Shown: positions 29,019 through 39,142, counted from the first letter of the stretch. The stretch: 64,000 nucleotides of DNA from Candidatus Bipolaricaulota bacterium (GCA_021735245.1 JAIPHJ010000004.1:14652-78651); one strand, 5' to 3'. Made by a program: numbers and translations. The notes: a model not told the origin generated them from the sequence alone.

Positions 29019-30152
29019 TCAACTTCCAACCTGCCTACCACCTCCTTCTTCGGTATAGGTTTCACCGATTACCTCCTGAAGGTCGTTAAAGGTAAGAATG
29101 CCTTCCAGTTTGTTGTCTTTACCAAGCACGGGAATATTTGCAACGTCTTCTTCCAACATCACGGACAGCGCATCGGAAAGAGCCGTTTCACGGCTGACCG
29201 ACCCTACGTCCTTGCTCAATACTTCATCTACCGAACCCACGTCTCCTTCCAGGTCCTGGGCCCTGATCCATCCCCTGAACCGGTTCGATCCGTCGGTAAC
29301 TATAAGGTAATCTACCTCGTTCTCTTTCATCTTTTTCTGGATTACACTTACCTCACTATCCAACCTGACAGTCTTCGGAGAAGGTTTCATTGCATCTTTC
29401 GCCCGCATCAACCGCATGCTCTTAAGAGTTCGGTCCGTGCCGACGAAGTCCCGAACGAACTGGTTCTTGGGACGAGCAAGCAATTCGGCCGGCGACGAGT
29501 ACTGAACTAATTCCCCGACCTTCAAGAGGGCGATTTTCGTTCCCATTTTGATCGCTTCATTTATGTCGTGAGTCACGAACACGATGGTCTTTTGAATCTC
29601 TTCCTGAATTTTAAGAAATTCGTCCTGTAGATTGTCTCTCGTAATCGGATCGATAGCTCCAAATGGCTCGTCCATCAACATTATCGGGGGATTGGCGCCA
29701 AGAGACCGGGCCACTCCGACTCTCTGTCTTTGTCCCCCGGATAGCTCGACCGGATATTTATCCAGATGCTCGCTGGGATCCATCCCCATAAGCTCCAGCA
29801 GTTCGTCAGCCCTGTTTCTCGCTTCACTCTTGGACCAGCCTTTGAGTTTGGGAACTGTAGCGATGTTTTCGGCTACTGTCATGTGAGGAAAAAGTCCAAT
29901 CTCCTGAATTGCGTAACCGATATCCCTCCGAAGCTCATTCTCATCGAGCTCCTGGTTGTCCGTGCCGTCTATGTATATCTTGCCTTCGGTTATTGGAATC
30001 AACCGATTGATCATCTTCATTGTGGTCGTCTTGCCACAACCCGAGGGGCCGAGAAGCACACAAAGCTCCCCTTCTTTTATTTCGAGATTGACGCTATTAA
30101 CGGCCTCCGTGCCATCAGGATAGACTTTTGAAACGTTCTCCAGCTTAATCAT
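29019..30152 (-). CDS. Betaine/osmoprotectant ABC transporter ATP-binding protein with tandem CBS domains
   Basis: Walker A GPSGCGKTT, signature LSGGQRQRVGVARSL and Walker B IMLMDEPFGAIDP. A C-terminal region of about 120 aa is CBS-pair-like (OpuCA/OpuAA type). Confidence 0.88.
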   Translation of the reverse strand: MIKLENVSKVYPDGTEAVNSVNLEIKEGELCVLLGPSGCGKTTTMKMINRLIPITEGKIYIDGTDNQELDENELRRDIGYAIQEIGLFPHMTVAENIATVPKLKGWSKSEARNRADELLELMGMDPSEHLDKYPVELSGGQRQRVGVARSLGANPPIMLMDEPFGAIDPITRDNLQDEFLKIQEEIQKTIVFVTHDINEAIKMGTKIALLKVGELVQYSSPAELLARPKNQFVRDFVGTDRTLKSMRLMRAKDAMKPSPKTVRLDSEVSVIQKKMKENEVDYLIVTDGSNRFRGWIRAQDLEGDVGSVDEVLSKDVGSVSRETALSDALSVMLEEDVANIPVLGKDNKLEGILTFNDLQEVIGETYTEEGGGRQVGS

Positions 30153-30184
30153 TCTTTACCACCATTAGATTGAGACCTCCCTCC

Positions 30185-30895
30185 TTAAGCCTTCTCGCCG
30201 TGAACCTCGGTAAATCGTTCTCTCAAGTAATCCAGATGATCGCTAACTTCTTTCTTCATTTTCTCGGCATCCCCTACCAGAAAGGCTCGGGCAAGTCTTT
30301 CGTGTTCCCGACAGTCTCTTTCCGGTGGGATCAGAGCTTGTTTGGCTTTAGAAACAATTAAGGGCAACAACAGCTCCATGACCCGGACGGCCATAGAATT
30401 GTGAGACGCCCTGGCAAGCTCTACATGAATCTGAGTAGTATAATTGATTAACTCCTCTCCCCGCTCCAGCGCCTCCTGCATCTCCTTTACAGCAAGTTTT
30501 ACCCTTTGAATATTCTCCTCTGTTGCCCTCCGTATAGCCATTACACCTATTTGTTTTTCGAGAACTTCTCTCAACTCAACCATGTCGTAGAAGTCCTCTT
30601 CCTCGAGTACAAGATCAAATAAAAGAGAGTTCTCCAGAGGTAAGGAGTAATTATCTCTGACGTAATAACCTTTTCCCGCGTGAGATTCCAGGACCCCAAG
30701 AGCCACCAACGCGTGCAATGCTTCCCGAATCGAAGACCTACCGACGTCAAATCTCTCCCGAAGCTCCTTCTCCGAAGGCAACTTCTCCCCGGGACAAAGC
30801 CCTCCTTCCCTTATATCGGAAGAAATTTCTTCTATTATCTGTTGAGTGATTGTCTTTTTACTGCTACCGAAGGAAACCGGGCTTCTTTTTTTCAT
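30185..30895 (-). CDS. GntR/FadR-family transcriptional regulator
   Basis: Winged HTH KLPSEKELRERFDVGRSSIREALHALVALGVLES plus an all-helical FCD-like C-terminal domain. I prefer the start at the ATG at 30895 (MKKRSPVS..., GGTGAT SD). The ORF-track start at 30943 lies inside a direct repeat. Confidence 0.85.
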   Translation of the reverse strand: MKKRSPVSFGSSKKTITQQIIEEISSDIREGGLCPGEKLPSEKELRERFDVGRSSIREALHALVALGVLESHAGKGYYVRDNYSLPLENSLLFDLVLEEEDFYDMVELREVLEKQIGVMAIRRATEENIQRVKLAVKEMQEALERGEELINYTTQIHVELARASHNSMAVRVMELLLPLIVSKAKQALIPPERDCREHERLARAFLVGDAEKMKKEVSDHLDYLRERFTEVHGEKA

Positions 30896-30919
30896 AAGGA
30901 CATCACCATCCCGCCTTTT

Positions 30920-30965
30920 CCTATCATACCTGTTTCCTATCATACCTGTTTGATAGGTTGTACAA
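30920..30965. promoter_or_regulatory. Candidate operator: 16-bp direct repeat x2 plus dyads upstream of the GntR gene
   Basis: cctatcatacctgttt occurs at 30920-30935 and 30936-30951. It is followed by gatagg (inverted relative to cctatc) and the perfect palindrome TTGTACAA (30958-30965). Confidence 0.5.
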
Positions 30966-31296
30966 GATGCATTATAGAATTTTTATTCCCCCACTTCAAG
31001 GATTCAGACTACTTGGTCCAGAAATTGGTCCATCCGCCAATGGGTGAGAGATCCAAGCTGGTCAGTCAACTTCACCGGGGTCGGTCGTCGCAAAATTTTG
31101 ACCAATAAAGACCAAAATCATCGCTTAAAAGTCTTTCAAAATCTTATTCTTTCGTCTTAAGGGCAGATCACCTATTCTTGTTTTAGGGTAAAACAGAAAA
31201 CTTTTGCTAATTTTGATCGGATTATGGTAGACTCTGGAAGTCTTTTTACTCGGGAACGTCTGGTTTCGATAAATCCTGAGCTCCAAGGGAGGAAAA

Positions 31297-31815
31297 ATGG
31301 AAGAAAAACTGAATTCCTTTGACCTAAAGCAGATAATCGGCTACTCCATTGAGTCGGAAAACAAGTCCAAAGAATTTTACGGCAAGTTCGTCGAATCCGG
31401 AAAGGGCCAGCTCGTCCCTGGAAGATTTAAGAGCTTAATGGAGGACGAACAGCTCCACAAAGAGGTTCTGCTCGATTTGCACGAAGAGCTTTACGGAAAC
31501 AAGGACTACGAAGTACCGAAAACCGAAACTCTGCCACCTCACGAGGATTTCAACGATCTGGGGAACGTTGAAAACCTTATTGACGCACTTGACAAAGCAA
31601 TTACGAACGAAAACAACGCAATAAGGATTTACGAGTATCTGGCAGACGCTTACGAGGAGGGTTCCGACATATTTGGATATCTGGCTTCCATGGAACACGG
31701 ACACTACGAATCTCTGAAAAAAGAAAAGAGCCTCTACGAGCGAGAAGCTGAAAGCCCTGAAGAAGAAGGACTATCCGAAGGCATCTGGAAGAGGCTGGGC
31801 CTGGGCGGAATGTAA
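31297..31815 (+). CDS. Ferritin-like / rubrerythrin-family diiron protein
   Basis: 172-aa helical ORF with two E-x-x-H motifs (EDEQLH and MEHGH) spaced as in ferritin-like four-helix bundles. GGGAGG SD upstream. Confidence 0.65.
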   Translation: MEEKLNSFDLKQIIGYSIESENKSKEFYGKFVESGKGQLVPGRFKSLMEDEQLHKEVLLDLHEELYGNKDYEVPKTETLPPHEDFNDLGNVENLIDALDKAITNENNAIRIYEYLADAYEEGSDIFGYLASMEHGHYESLKKEKSLYEREAESPEEEGLSEGIWKRLGLGGM

Positions 31816-32027
31816 TCTCGAACTGTCCAACAATCAGCAAATAGAAGTTGAAAGCTGGTGACTGTATTCGTGGGTAAGTGTCCTCCTGGGTTTAATACGG
31901 TGAATATATTCCATTAACCCGAACCCTGGCGCCAACTTTCCTATTACCCTCGCCCCCCGGTTGGTTTCTGGAAGCTCATTACTTACCATTCTTCCGATTT
32001 AATCCAAAAAGGAGGGGCCTCTTTTCG

Positions 32028-33263
32028 ATGCGGGATTACCTGACACGGTTTCGGCAATTCAGCCCTTCAGCACGGTTCCTGCTTATCGCCACTGTATTTC
32101 TTGGAATTTCAGGCGGAATACGGCGAGTAGCCCGAAATCTCTACTTCCTATCTCTGGGTTTTAACGAGAGTTTCATCGGCCTTGTGGTGGGTGCCGGCAC
32201 ATTCACCGGCTTAATGGTAGCATTGCCGAGCGGTCACTTCGGTGACAGATTTGGACCAAGAAGATCACTTATCGGGGCCACCGCCCTCGGGGCGTTTGGG
32301 GTGGCTCTCCAGGGAATTCCCCTCCGGATACCGATAATCGTCGGTGCTTCGCTGAACCGGATCGCCTGGTCCGCTTTTTTTATCGCCGGACCTGCTCTGC
32401 TAACCCAGGAAAGCGGCACCGAAGAAAGAACCCATCTCTTCAGCGCCTTCAGTTCGGCGAGACGACTGTCTCTAATACCTGGAGCTCTATTAGGTGGATA
32501 CATGCCCGGCCTGCTGGGCAGGTTGTTCCGGCTGGGGGGAGAAACGCCCTTTTCTTACAAAATGACCATATTTATCCAGGCTTTTATCATGGCCGGAGCT
32601 CTGATTCCCCTCTTCCTCATTACCACTAAACCCGAAACGGATATTGATACTTCCTCCACCTCTCAAACTTACGATCTGGACTTTTTAAAACAGGATCTAG
32701 CCAGAAAGATAATCGTTCCCGCCTTGCTGATCGGGACCGGAGCCGGGATGATATTCCCTTTCCTGAACGTGATCTTCCAGCATTACGGGGCGAGCACGGA
32801 GACCATCGGCTTGATCTTTACCGTTCAGTCTCTCCTGACGGGGCTGGTAGTATTGTACGCTCCCAAACTATCCAGAAGGTGGGGTAAAGCAAAAGGCGTT
32901 GCCGTGGCCCGACTGACCTCGATTCCGTTCCTCCTGGTCGTGGGATACGCCGGCCACGTACCGATAATGGCCGGAGCATTGATGATCCGCAGTAGTCTCA
33001 TGAGGCTGGCAAGTCCCCTCCGCAATAACCTTCTTATGAATATAGCCAAACCGGGGGAGCGCTCGAAGATAAACGGGCTGCGCCAGGTGGCTTCACGGCT
33101 AGGCCGGACGGCTGCCGGACCGCTGGCGGGCTGGATACTCTCCAACGTATCCTATAGCCTGCCGTTTCTCCTGACTTCCGTTCTCTACGCAGTCGGAAGC
33201 AGCCTTTTCTACCTTGGTCTCCATCCCCTGGAGTTAAAGGAAAAGGAGAAACCGGAGGAATGA
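32028..33263 (+). CDS. MFS transporter
   Basis: 411-aa ORF with about 12 hydrophobic segments and the MFS loop motif GHFGDRFGPRRS between TM2 and TM3. Confidence 0.8.
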   Translation: MRDYLTRFRQFSPSARFLLIATVFLGISGGIRRVARNLYFLSLGFNESFIGLVVGAGTFTGLMVALPSGHFGDRFGPRRSLIGATALGAFGVALQGIPLRIPIIVGASLNRIAWSAFFIAGPALLTQESGTEERTHLFSAFSSARRLSLIPGALLGGYMPGLLGRLFRLGGETPFSYKMTIFIQAFIMAGALIPLFLITTKPETDIDTSSTSQTYDLDFLKQDLARKIIVPALLIGTGAGMIFPFLNVIFQHYGASTETIGLIFTVQSLLTGLVVLYAPKLSRRWGKAKGVAVARLTSIPFLLVVGYAGHVPIMAGALMIRSSLMRLASPLRNNLLMNIAKPGERSKINGLRQVASRLGRTAAGPLAGWILSNVSYSLPFLLTSVLYAVGSSLFYLGLHPLELKEKEKPEE

Positions 33264-33400
33264 TTTCATGCCGGGGGATTTGTTAATTTGCCCGGAAACC
33301 TGCTGGTAGATATACTGAAGGATAGATTTTAAGAGCAGTTGCCAGAAGGATTCTTCATTAACTTTTAAGAATATTACCCCTAACCGGGAGGCATCAATAG

Positions 33401-34987
33401 ATGGACCTATTGGTCAAGAACGCGAGAGTTTATCCGCTGGACGGCAGAGATGTAGTAGAAGAAGCAATCGGAATAACCGGGGATAGAATAAGCCAGGTCG
33501 GTTCATCCGACAAACTTACCGACCTTGCTTCAGACGAAACCACCGTAATCGATGCTCGAGGGCGAACTGCCATCCCGGGATTTATCGACTCTCACGTGCA
33601 CTTCCTGGACCTGGGGGTAAAGAAGCTTCTCTACCTTGACCTGGGAGATGCTAGTACAAAAGGTGAACTGTTAGAACAGGTGAAAGAATACGCGGATGGG
33701 AAGCAAGAGCGAGACTGGGTGCTGGGAACCAGCTGGGATGAGACTACCTGGGAAGGTGACCAATCGTTTCCGACCAAATGGGAGCTGGATGAGGCAGTTC
33801 CGGATCGCCCGGTAGCCCTCCAGAGAGTCGATTGCCACACTTACTGTGTCAACAGCGCCGCCCTGGAAGCCCTGGATCTCGACCCATCGACCCGAGGAGC
33901 CGATAGGTCTTCTGAGGAATTCACGGGCTGTCTATCGGAAGACGCGGCTCAGGCGGTAAGTAACGAGATAGCTCCCTCCCAAAGGGAAATGGTTCAGGGG
34001 TTAAAGGAAGCACAAAAAGAAGCCCACTCCCGGGGCGTAACCGGAGTTCATCAGATGGTGGTCGACGACGGGGAATTTCGGGATTACTTTCGTGCTTATC
34101 AGAGCCTGCTGCTAAAGGGAGAACTTAATCTCCGCTGTCGATTGTATTTCACGCAAAATCATCTCGACGATTTTCTGAACCTGGGTATTGGTACCGGGTT
34201 CGGAGACGATAAATTAAGGATCGGTGGATTGAAGATATTCACGGACGGATCTATCGGCTCGAAAACTGCCTGGATTTCGAGCGGCTATAGCGAAGAGCCA
34301 GACAATAAGGGCATAACTATGATTGAGACCGGCGACCTTAAAGAGCTAATAGCCAAAGCCCACAACAAAAACATTCAGGTCGCAATTCACGCCATCGGAG
34401 ACCGGGCACTTCAACAGACGATCGACTCCCTGGAGGAAGCGATGGAGTCTTACGACCCCGCCGATTACGTTCCGCCCCACCGGATCGAGCACTGCGAGAT
34501 GGCTACTGACGACCAGATTGAAAAGATGGCCGAGCTGGGTCTGATTGCATCCGTGCAACCTAATTTCATTGGTAAGTGGGGTTTACCGGGGGGAATGTAC
34601 GAAAAACGTTTCGACAGGGAGAGGTTGCCGGAGTTAAACAGGATAAGTCATTTCCGGGATAAGGGAGTTAGGCTGTCGTTCGGATCGGACGGCATGCCAT
34701 TTGGGCCCCTCTACGGTCTCCACTGGGCGGTAAATTCGCCCTTCCACTCCCAGGAGCTTCCTCCCAAAGAAGCGTTAAAAACCTACACGGGAGGGGCTGC
34801 CTTTGCGGGAGGACTGGAGGAAAAGGTCGGATCACTGGAAATCGGAAAATACGCGGATATTGTCCTACTGGATGGAGATCCCGTGCGAAACCCCGACTCA
34901 ATTAAGGATTATACGGTTGAAACCACTATCGTCGACGGCGATATCGTGTTTCCGCGTGACGAGGAAGATAAAGGGAGATGTAAATAA
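33401..34987 (+). CDS. Metal-dependent amidohydrolase (Amidohydro_3 / YtcJ-like)
   Basis: 528-aa ORF with GFIDSHVHFLDLG (HxH metal ligands), IFTDGSIGS, VAIHAIGD, IEHCE and FGSDG motifs. Confidence 0.82.
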   Translation: MDLLVKNARVYPLDGRDVVEEAIGITGDRISQVGSSDKLTDLASDETTVIDARGRTAIPGFIDSHVHFLDLGVKKLLYLDLGDASTKGELLEQVKEYADGKQERDWVLGTSWDETTWEGDQSFPTKWELDEAVPDRPVALQRVDCHTYCVNSAALEALDLDPSTRGADRSSEEFTGCLSEDAAQAVSNEIAPSQREMVQGLKEAQKEAHSRGVTGVHQMVVDDGEFRDYFRAYQSLLLKGELNLRCRLYFTQNHLDDFLNLGIGTGFGDDKLRIGGLKIFTDGSIGSKTAWISSGYSEEPDNKGITMIETGDLKELIAKAHNKNIQVAIHAIGDRALQQTIDSLEEAMESYDPADYVPPHRIEHCEMATDDQIEKMAELGLIASVQPNFIGKWGLPGGMYEKRFDRERLPELNRISHFRDKGVRLSFGSDGMPFGPLYGLHWAVNSPFHSQELPPKEALKTYTGGAAFAGGLEEKVGSLEIGKYADIVLLDGDPVRNPDSIKDYTVETTIVDGDIVFPRDEEDKGRCK

Positions 34988-35048
34988 AACTTTCTCCATC
35001 CATCCAGAACGTTTCACCTTGACTTTCCGGTTTAAATTGAGAAAATGG

Positions 35049-36404
35049 CTACTGCTCTCTTATCTTTCTCCCTTTTCGATAAACAGGTCCATACATTTCG
35101 CCGTCACGGATCAAACAACCCGCTTCTACCCCGTCACTCATCATCTGAGAGCAGGCGTCACACGCTATACAGAGATTTTCTTCGTTCAGACCGTCGTCGG
35201 TCAAGATTTCCCGGGCAAACGAGGGGTTGGCAAGAGCGAGTCTCGCAGCTCCCATAACATCAATCGCACCTTCTTTCATGAAGGCCGCAGCCCCGTTCGG
35301 AAAAAATTCTCTAAGCCAGGATATTCCCCCGCCCACTTTTAGTAAACCGGGAAATTCTTCTCCGATCTCAGCCGTCACATCAAAGTTTGTGGAGATAGCC
35401 TCCAGTGGGTCTCGGTCCGGTAATTCTTGTCCGGCCAAAGACCTGTCGAAGGGCTGTTCCAGGAAAGAATCGTAGAAAGGATTACCCAGGGCGACGTTCA
35501 GGATTTCCAGCCCTCCTTCCCGTAACTCTTCCAGTAACCGAATCGGGTCCGTTAGATCGGGGCTGACATCAACGGACTTAGACACACCCCAGCCATCCGG
35601 GTAGGGAACGTCGTCGTAGACGCTCAGGCGACAGGCAAGGATCATTCCGGGCTTTTTACTTTTTACCTCGCTGATTACGCCTTTTAGAAGTTGAATCCTG
35701 TTCTCAACCGGACCCCGATACTTACTGCTCGAGTTTTCGTAAGAAAAAAGCAATTCGTGAATTAAACTACCGTGACAGGCTTTAACATCCACCGCGTCAA
35801 ACCCCGCTCGAGCCGCGAGTTCAGCAGCGTTAATGAAATCCCGTTTGATCTTCGCAAGGTCCTCGTCGGAAACTACCGGGTAATCCGGAGCAATATCGAA
35901 TTCTTCGTCTAATAATTCCGAATGTTTGGCAATTACCGGCTCGACCTCTCCTTCAGGGGCCGAATTTCGCCCGGCGTGGGTTAACTGTAGCACGGTCAAG
36001 GGCCCGTCTCCGTCTCCGTGATATTTCCGAGCAGCTTTTTTTATCTCCCTGTTTAACTGAGCAAACCCGGGGACGGACTCCTCCGACAGACACAATTGCC
36101 CGGGGTGAGACTTTCCCTTTTCAGTAACCGCCGTAGCTTCAAGCCATATGATACCCGCTCCGCCTTCGGCGTATCTTCGATACCTTCTGAAAGTTAAAGC
36201 GCTCGGCCCGCCGTTCGCATCAGCATCGTGTCCCTCCATAGGATTCAGACATAACGAATTTGGTATTACCTTACCCCCAACCTCCACTTGCTCGCTCAGT
36301 AGATCAACGTCGTCACAAAGCGGCAAAGAGTAACTTTTTCTCTTAATTTCCTGCCTTAGTTCGGACAAGTTTTCGTAATCGAATCTTCTCTTATTCTTCG
36401 CCAA
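35049..36404 (-). CDS. Old-yellow-enzyme-like NADH:flavin oxidoreductase with C-terminal Cys motif
   Basis: 451-aa ORF. OYE-type TIM-barrel motifs (GAGIIWLEATAV, HAGRN, GFDAVDVKACHGSLIHELL) and a C-terminal CIACDACSQ...GC cluster. Confidence 0.78.
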   Translation of the reverse strand: MAKNKRRFDYENLSELRQEIKRKSYSLPLCDDVDLLSEQVEVGGKVIPNSLCLNPMEGHDADANGGPSALTFRRYRRYAEGGAGIIWLEATAVTEKGKSHPGQLCLSEESVPGFAQLNREIKKAARKYHGDGDGPLTVLQLTHAGRNSAPEGEVEPVIAKHSELLDEEFDIAPDYPVVSDEDLAKIKRDFINAAELAARAGFDAVDVKACHGSLIHELLFSYENSSSKYRGPVENRIQLLKGVISEVKSKKPGMILACRLSVYDDVPYPDGWGVSKSVDVSPDLTDPIRLLEELREGGLEILNVALGNPFYDSFLEQPFDRSLAGQELPDRDPLEAISTNFDVTAEIGEEFPGLLKVGGGISWLREFFPNGAAAFMKEGAIDVMGAARLALANPSFAREILTDDGLNEENLCIACDACSQMMSDGVEAGCLIRDGEMYGPVYRKGRKIREQ

Positions 36405-36836
36405 TTTGATCCCCCAAAGTATGTTTAGGCCTTATTTTCAAAAACTCACTTTTCTGTCTTCTATAGCCTCCACCTCTTCCGCCCACCCTGCACTATTTAA
36501 CCCACATCCACATTTATCCAGTTTGTCCTTTCAGGAGTCATCTAGAACCAGCTCCTCCCGGCTACAGGAGACTTTTCTAAAAATCATACTACCCTTTTTG
36601 GCACAATAATTAAAGGAATCAAGTTTAATCGGCACACTGATAACTTTCCGAAAGCCAAACCCAAACTTTATTTACTGCGACCTGAATCCCGAATTAAAGT
36701 GGTTTAAAATCAACCATTGAAAACACTTTAATGGTATAAAGATAATAAGGCGGAATTTATAATATAGAATACGTTTGGATTAGGCCTGGTAAGTTTCAGG
36801 AATGTAAAATTTATTGATTACATCAGGTGCTTAAAG

Positions 36837-37412
36837 ATGAATATTGTCCTCGCCTCAAGTTCAAAATTTAGAAGACAGGCTCTTGACCTGTTGGAGATCG
36901 ATTATGAGGTAATTCCCAGCGAAATCGATGAAAAATCCATAAGAGATAATGATCCTAAGATGTTAGCCAGGAAGCTGGCAGAGGCAAAAAGTAAAGACGT
37001 GGGGAAAAGACTTAAAGGGGATAATTTAGTTATAGCAGGTGACTTATTCATTCTGTTTCGAGGCACTATTTACGAGAAGCCGGGGACCGAAGAGGAAGCT
37101 ATAGAGATGTTGAATGCTTTTTCCGGCAATCAGCTGGAGATAATTTCCGGCGTGTCGGTATTCGACACCGGGTCAAACGATTTGGAATCGGCCCTGGGGC
37201 ATACAGAGATAGTTTTTCGAAATATTAGTAAAAAAGAAATTGAGAGATACGTCTCCGATTATCCGGTGCTTGAACTGGCCGGTGCTTTCGAAAAAGAAGG
37301 AGTTTTGAAGTTTTCCGAAGAAGTCCACGGGGACCTGTCATTTTTAACTGGTTTACCTTTAAACAAGCTAATCCAATTGCTTCAAAATAACGGATTCCGG
37401 TTTTTGGAATGA
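36837..37412 (+). CDS. maf: Maf-like nucleoside-triphosphate pyrophosphatase
   Basis: 191-aa ORF with IVLASSSKFRRQALDLL, EKPGTEEEA and the GAFEKEG pattern typical of Maf/YhdE. Confidence 0.85.
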   Translation: MNIVLASSSKFRRQALDLLEIDYEVIPSEIDEKSIRDNDPKMLARKLAEAKSKDVGKRLKGDNLVIAGDLFILFRGTIYEKPGTEEEAIEMLNAFSGNQLEIISGVSVFDTGSNDLESALGHTEIVFRNISKKEIERYVSDYPVLELAGAFEKEGVLKFSEEVHGDLSFLTGLPLNKLIQLLQNNGFRFLE

Positions 37413-37714
37413 TGGAGCGGAGAACCTCTTATTCTCTATATCGATCTTAAATTTAGGTCCAGGTCGGCCCCCGGTTCCGGGCTGTTCTAAGTAGTTCCCC
37501 CACATTTTCCTAAATTTGAAATCCTCCAGGGACTGAGCCACGGTACCTTCTCTGGAATTTTGACTCCTGAAATTTAGGTTGCTAGGTGGTTTAAAGTAGG
37601 AATATTCCGCCTCAAATACCCGCGCCTGATTGAGCAACTTTATATTCAAATATGAGACCAGACGCCAGTAAAAATATTTTTGTTAGTGTCCGATATTAGG
37701 GAAAGAAAGATGGG

Positions 37715-37790
37715 TGGTGGAGGCGACCGGATTCGAACCGGTAACCTCCTGAGTGCAAATCAGGCGCTCTTCCGTTAGAGCTACGCCCCC
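37715..37790 (-). tRNA. tRNA-Ala (anticodon UGC), CCA encoded
   Basis: The reverse complement reads GGGGGCGTAGCTCTAACGGAAGAGCGCCTGATTTGCACTCAGGAGGTTACCGGTTCGAATCCGGTCGCCTCCACCA. The acceptor stem is 7 bp and has the G3:U70 alanine identity pair. The anticodon stem is CCTGA/TCAGG with loop TTTGCAC. The T-loop is GGTTCGAATCC. Confidence 0.93.
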
Positions 37791-38047
37791 ATGGATAATT
37801 CCCATTGATCCGGGTACAGCTAATTTGCTCTCTTTCAAAAAAGGCAAAGTATACGCCTGCTTATTTATCAGACGCTCGGATTCCTTTATTTGTGAATCTC
37901 CTTTTTCTGATATAAATACTATTCAGTAGCTTGTAACATTTCAATCCTTAACGGGCTTTTAAGGTTCGTCTCGGACCCGGATTAGATCTTTTCATCAAAA
38001 CTATCAGCGTTCCCAAGGAGGTACGTTTGCTTAAATTTGTTGTAATT

Positions 38048-38072
38048 CCCTGTTTCAGTTTCAGAAACAGGG
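38048..38072. repeat. Perfect 9-bp inverted repeat in the tRNA-integrase spacer
   Basis: ccctgtttc (38048-38056), loop agtttca, then gaaacaggg (38064-38072). There is no adjacent U-tract. Function unknown. Confidence 0.4.
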
Positions 38073-38506
38073 TGTCAAATCCTATTACCCCATTGTCACA
38101 TGCCGGGCTGTGGCCAAAGAGGAAAACCAGTCAGGGTCGATTCCTTGGTCAATTCGGATAATCCTTCTTTTAGCCTGGTTCCAATATTTTCTACCTCACC
38201 GTTTGTTTCGGGTATCATGACAAAAATTCATCTCCTCCCGGAGGCGGAAGGCAAATATTTTGGTCAGATTTTCGTTTTTTCGTTCAACCAAGCTATCTCC
38301 TCGGAAATTATCTAAACTACCCCCATTTCTCCTCGAGAGAGCTTAAAATTGCTTTAAACCTACCGGCATGGGTTACCGTTTTCGTGCAGGCCCTCATGCC
38401 AACTAGCCAGATAGTCTGGCCTTTTCGTACTGACGGAATCATCCTCTAGAAAGACTATATCAAAAACTATTTCGACTCGTTTCTAATATGAAATAATTCG
38501 TACTTC

Positions 38507-38535
38507 TTGACTTAACGGATATTAAACAATATAAT
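38507..38535 (+). promoter_or_regulatory. Near-consensus sigma70-type promoter upstream of the recombinase gene
   Basis: TTGACT (38507-38512), an exact 17-nt spacer, then TATAAT (38530-38535). It lies 55 nt upstream of the ATG at 38591. Confidence 0.5.
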
Positions 38536-38590
38536 TATGTTGTTACGAAATTACAACTTATTAATCTAATAGTTACAAAGGTCCCGTAAA

Positions 38591-39142
38591 ATGAATAAAC
38601 GAGAGATCAACAGATTAGACAGAAAAGAGTTTGAGTTGCTATGGGAGGCAGCGGTCGAAGGTGACCCCCTGGATCGGCTCATATTTGTTTGTGCGGGCCA
38701 TTTGGGAATGAGGGCTTCGGAAATTGCCCACCTGAAAAAAGACTGGATAGACTTTCAGAGTGGAACGGTCGAAGTTCCTAAGGAGGACGGGGAATTCCAG
38801 GCAAACGGGAGTTCTCGGTCTATTCCATTCAAACACCTTCGAGACAGGGTAGCTACAGAACTAAGAAGATATTTTGACTACAACTGGGTTGTAGGGGTCA
38901 ACAGGGCAACGATTTTTAGGCGGGTAAAAAATATGGCTCAGCGGGCTGATTTAACCCATAAGGTCCACCCACAGGCTTTAAGATCGACCTGTGCTTTCCA
39001 ACTAGCCGAAGCAGGGGTAAATGCTCAAGGATTGAGGCAGTTTATGGGCTGGAAGGAATTAAATACGGCCCAGAAGTATATTGAAGAGGTTGGAGTGGAT
39101 GCTAAAAAGCAGATAAAGAGGAACAAGGATAAGCTCTGGTAA
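38591..39142 (+). mobile_element. Minimal tyrosine recombinase / integrase (catalytic domain only, 183 aa)
   Basis: Catalytic-domain residues are in the expected order: R in HLGMRASEI, H-x-x-R in HPQALRSTCAF, and the terminal nucleophile Tyr in MGWKELNTAQKYI. There is no N-terminal core-binding domain. Confidence 0.75.

Noticed and set aside
37368-37649. 93-aa minus-strand ORF between maf and tRNA-Ala, and the 71-aa ORF 38100..38315.
   Set aside because: There is no SD and no recognisable motifs. The first overlaps the maf 3' end by 45 nt. Both are in regions better described as non-coding. Not reported as genes.
37715-38591. tRNA-Ala as the attachment site of the recombinase-led segment.
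   Set aside because: The recombinase lies on the 5' side of the tRNA rather than beyond its 3' end. I found no second copy of a tRNA 3' fragment by eye. I kept this only as an open question in the island finding.
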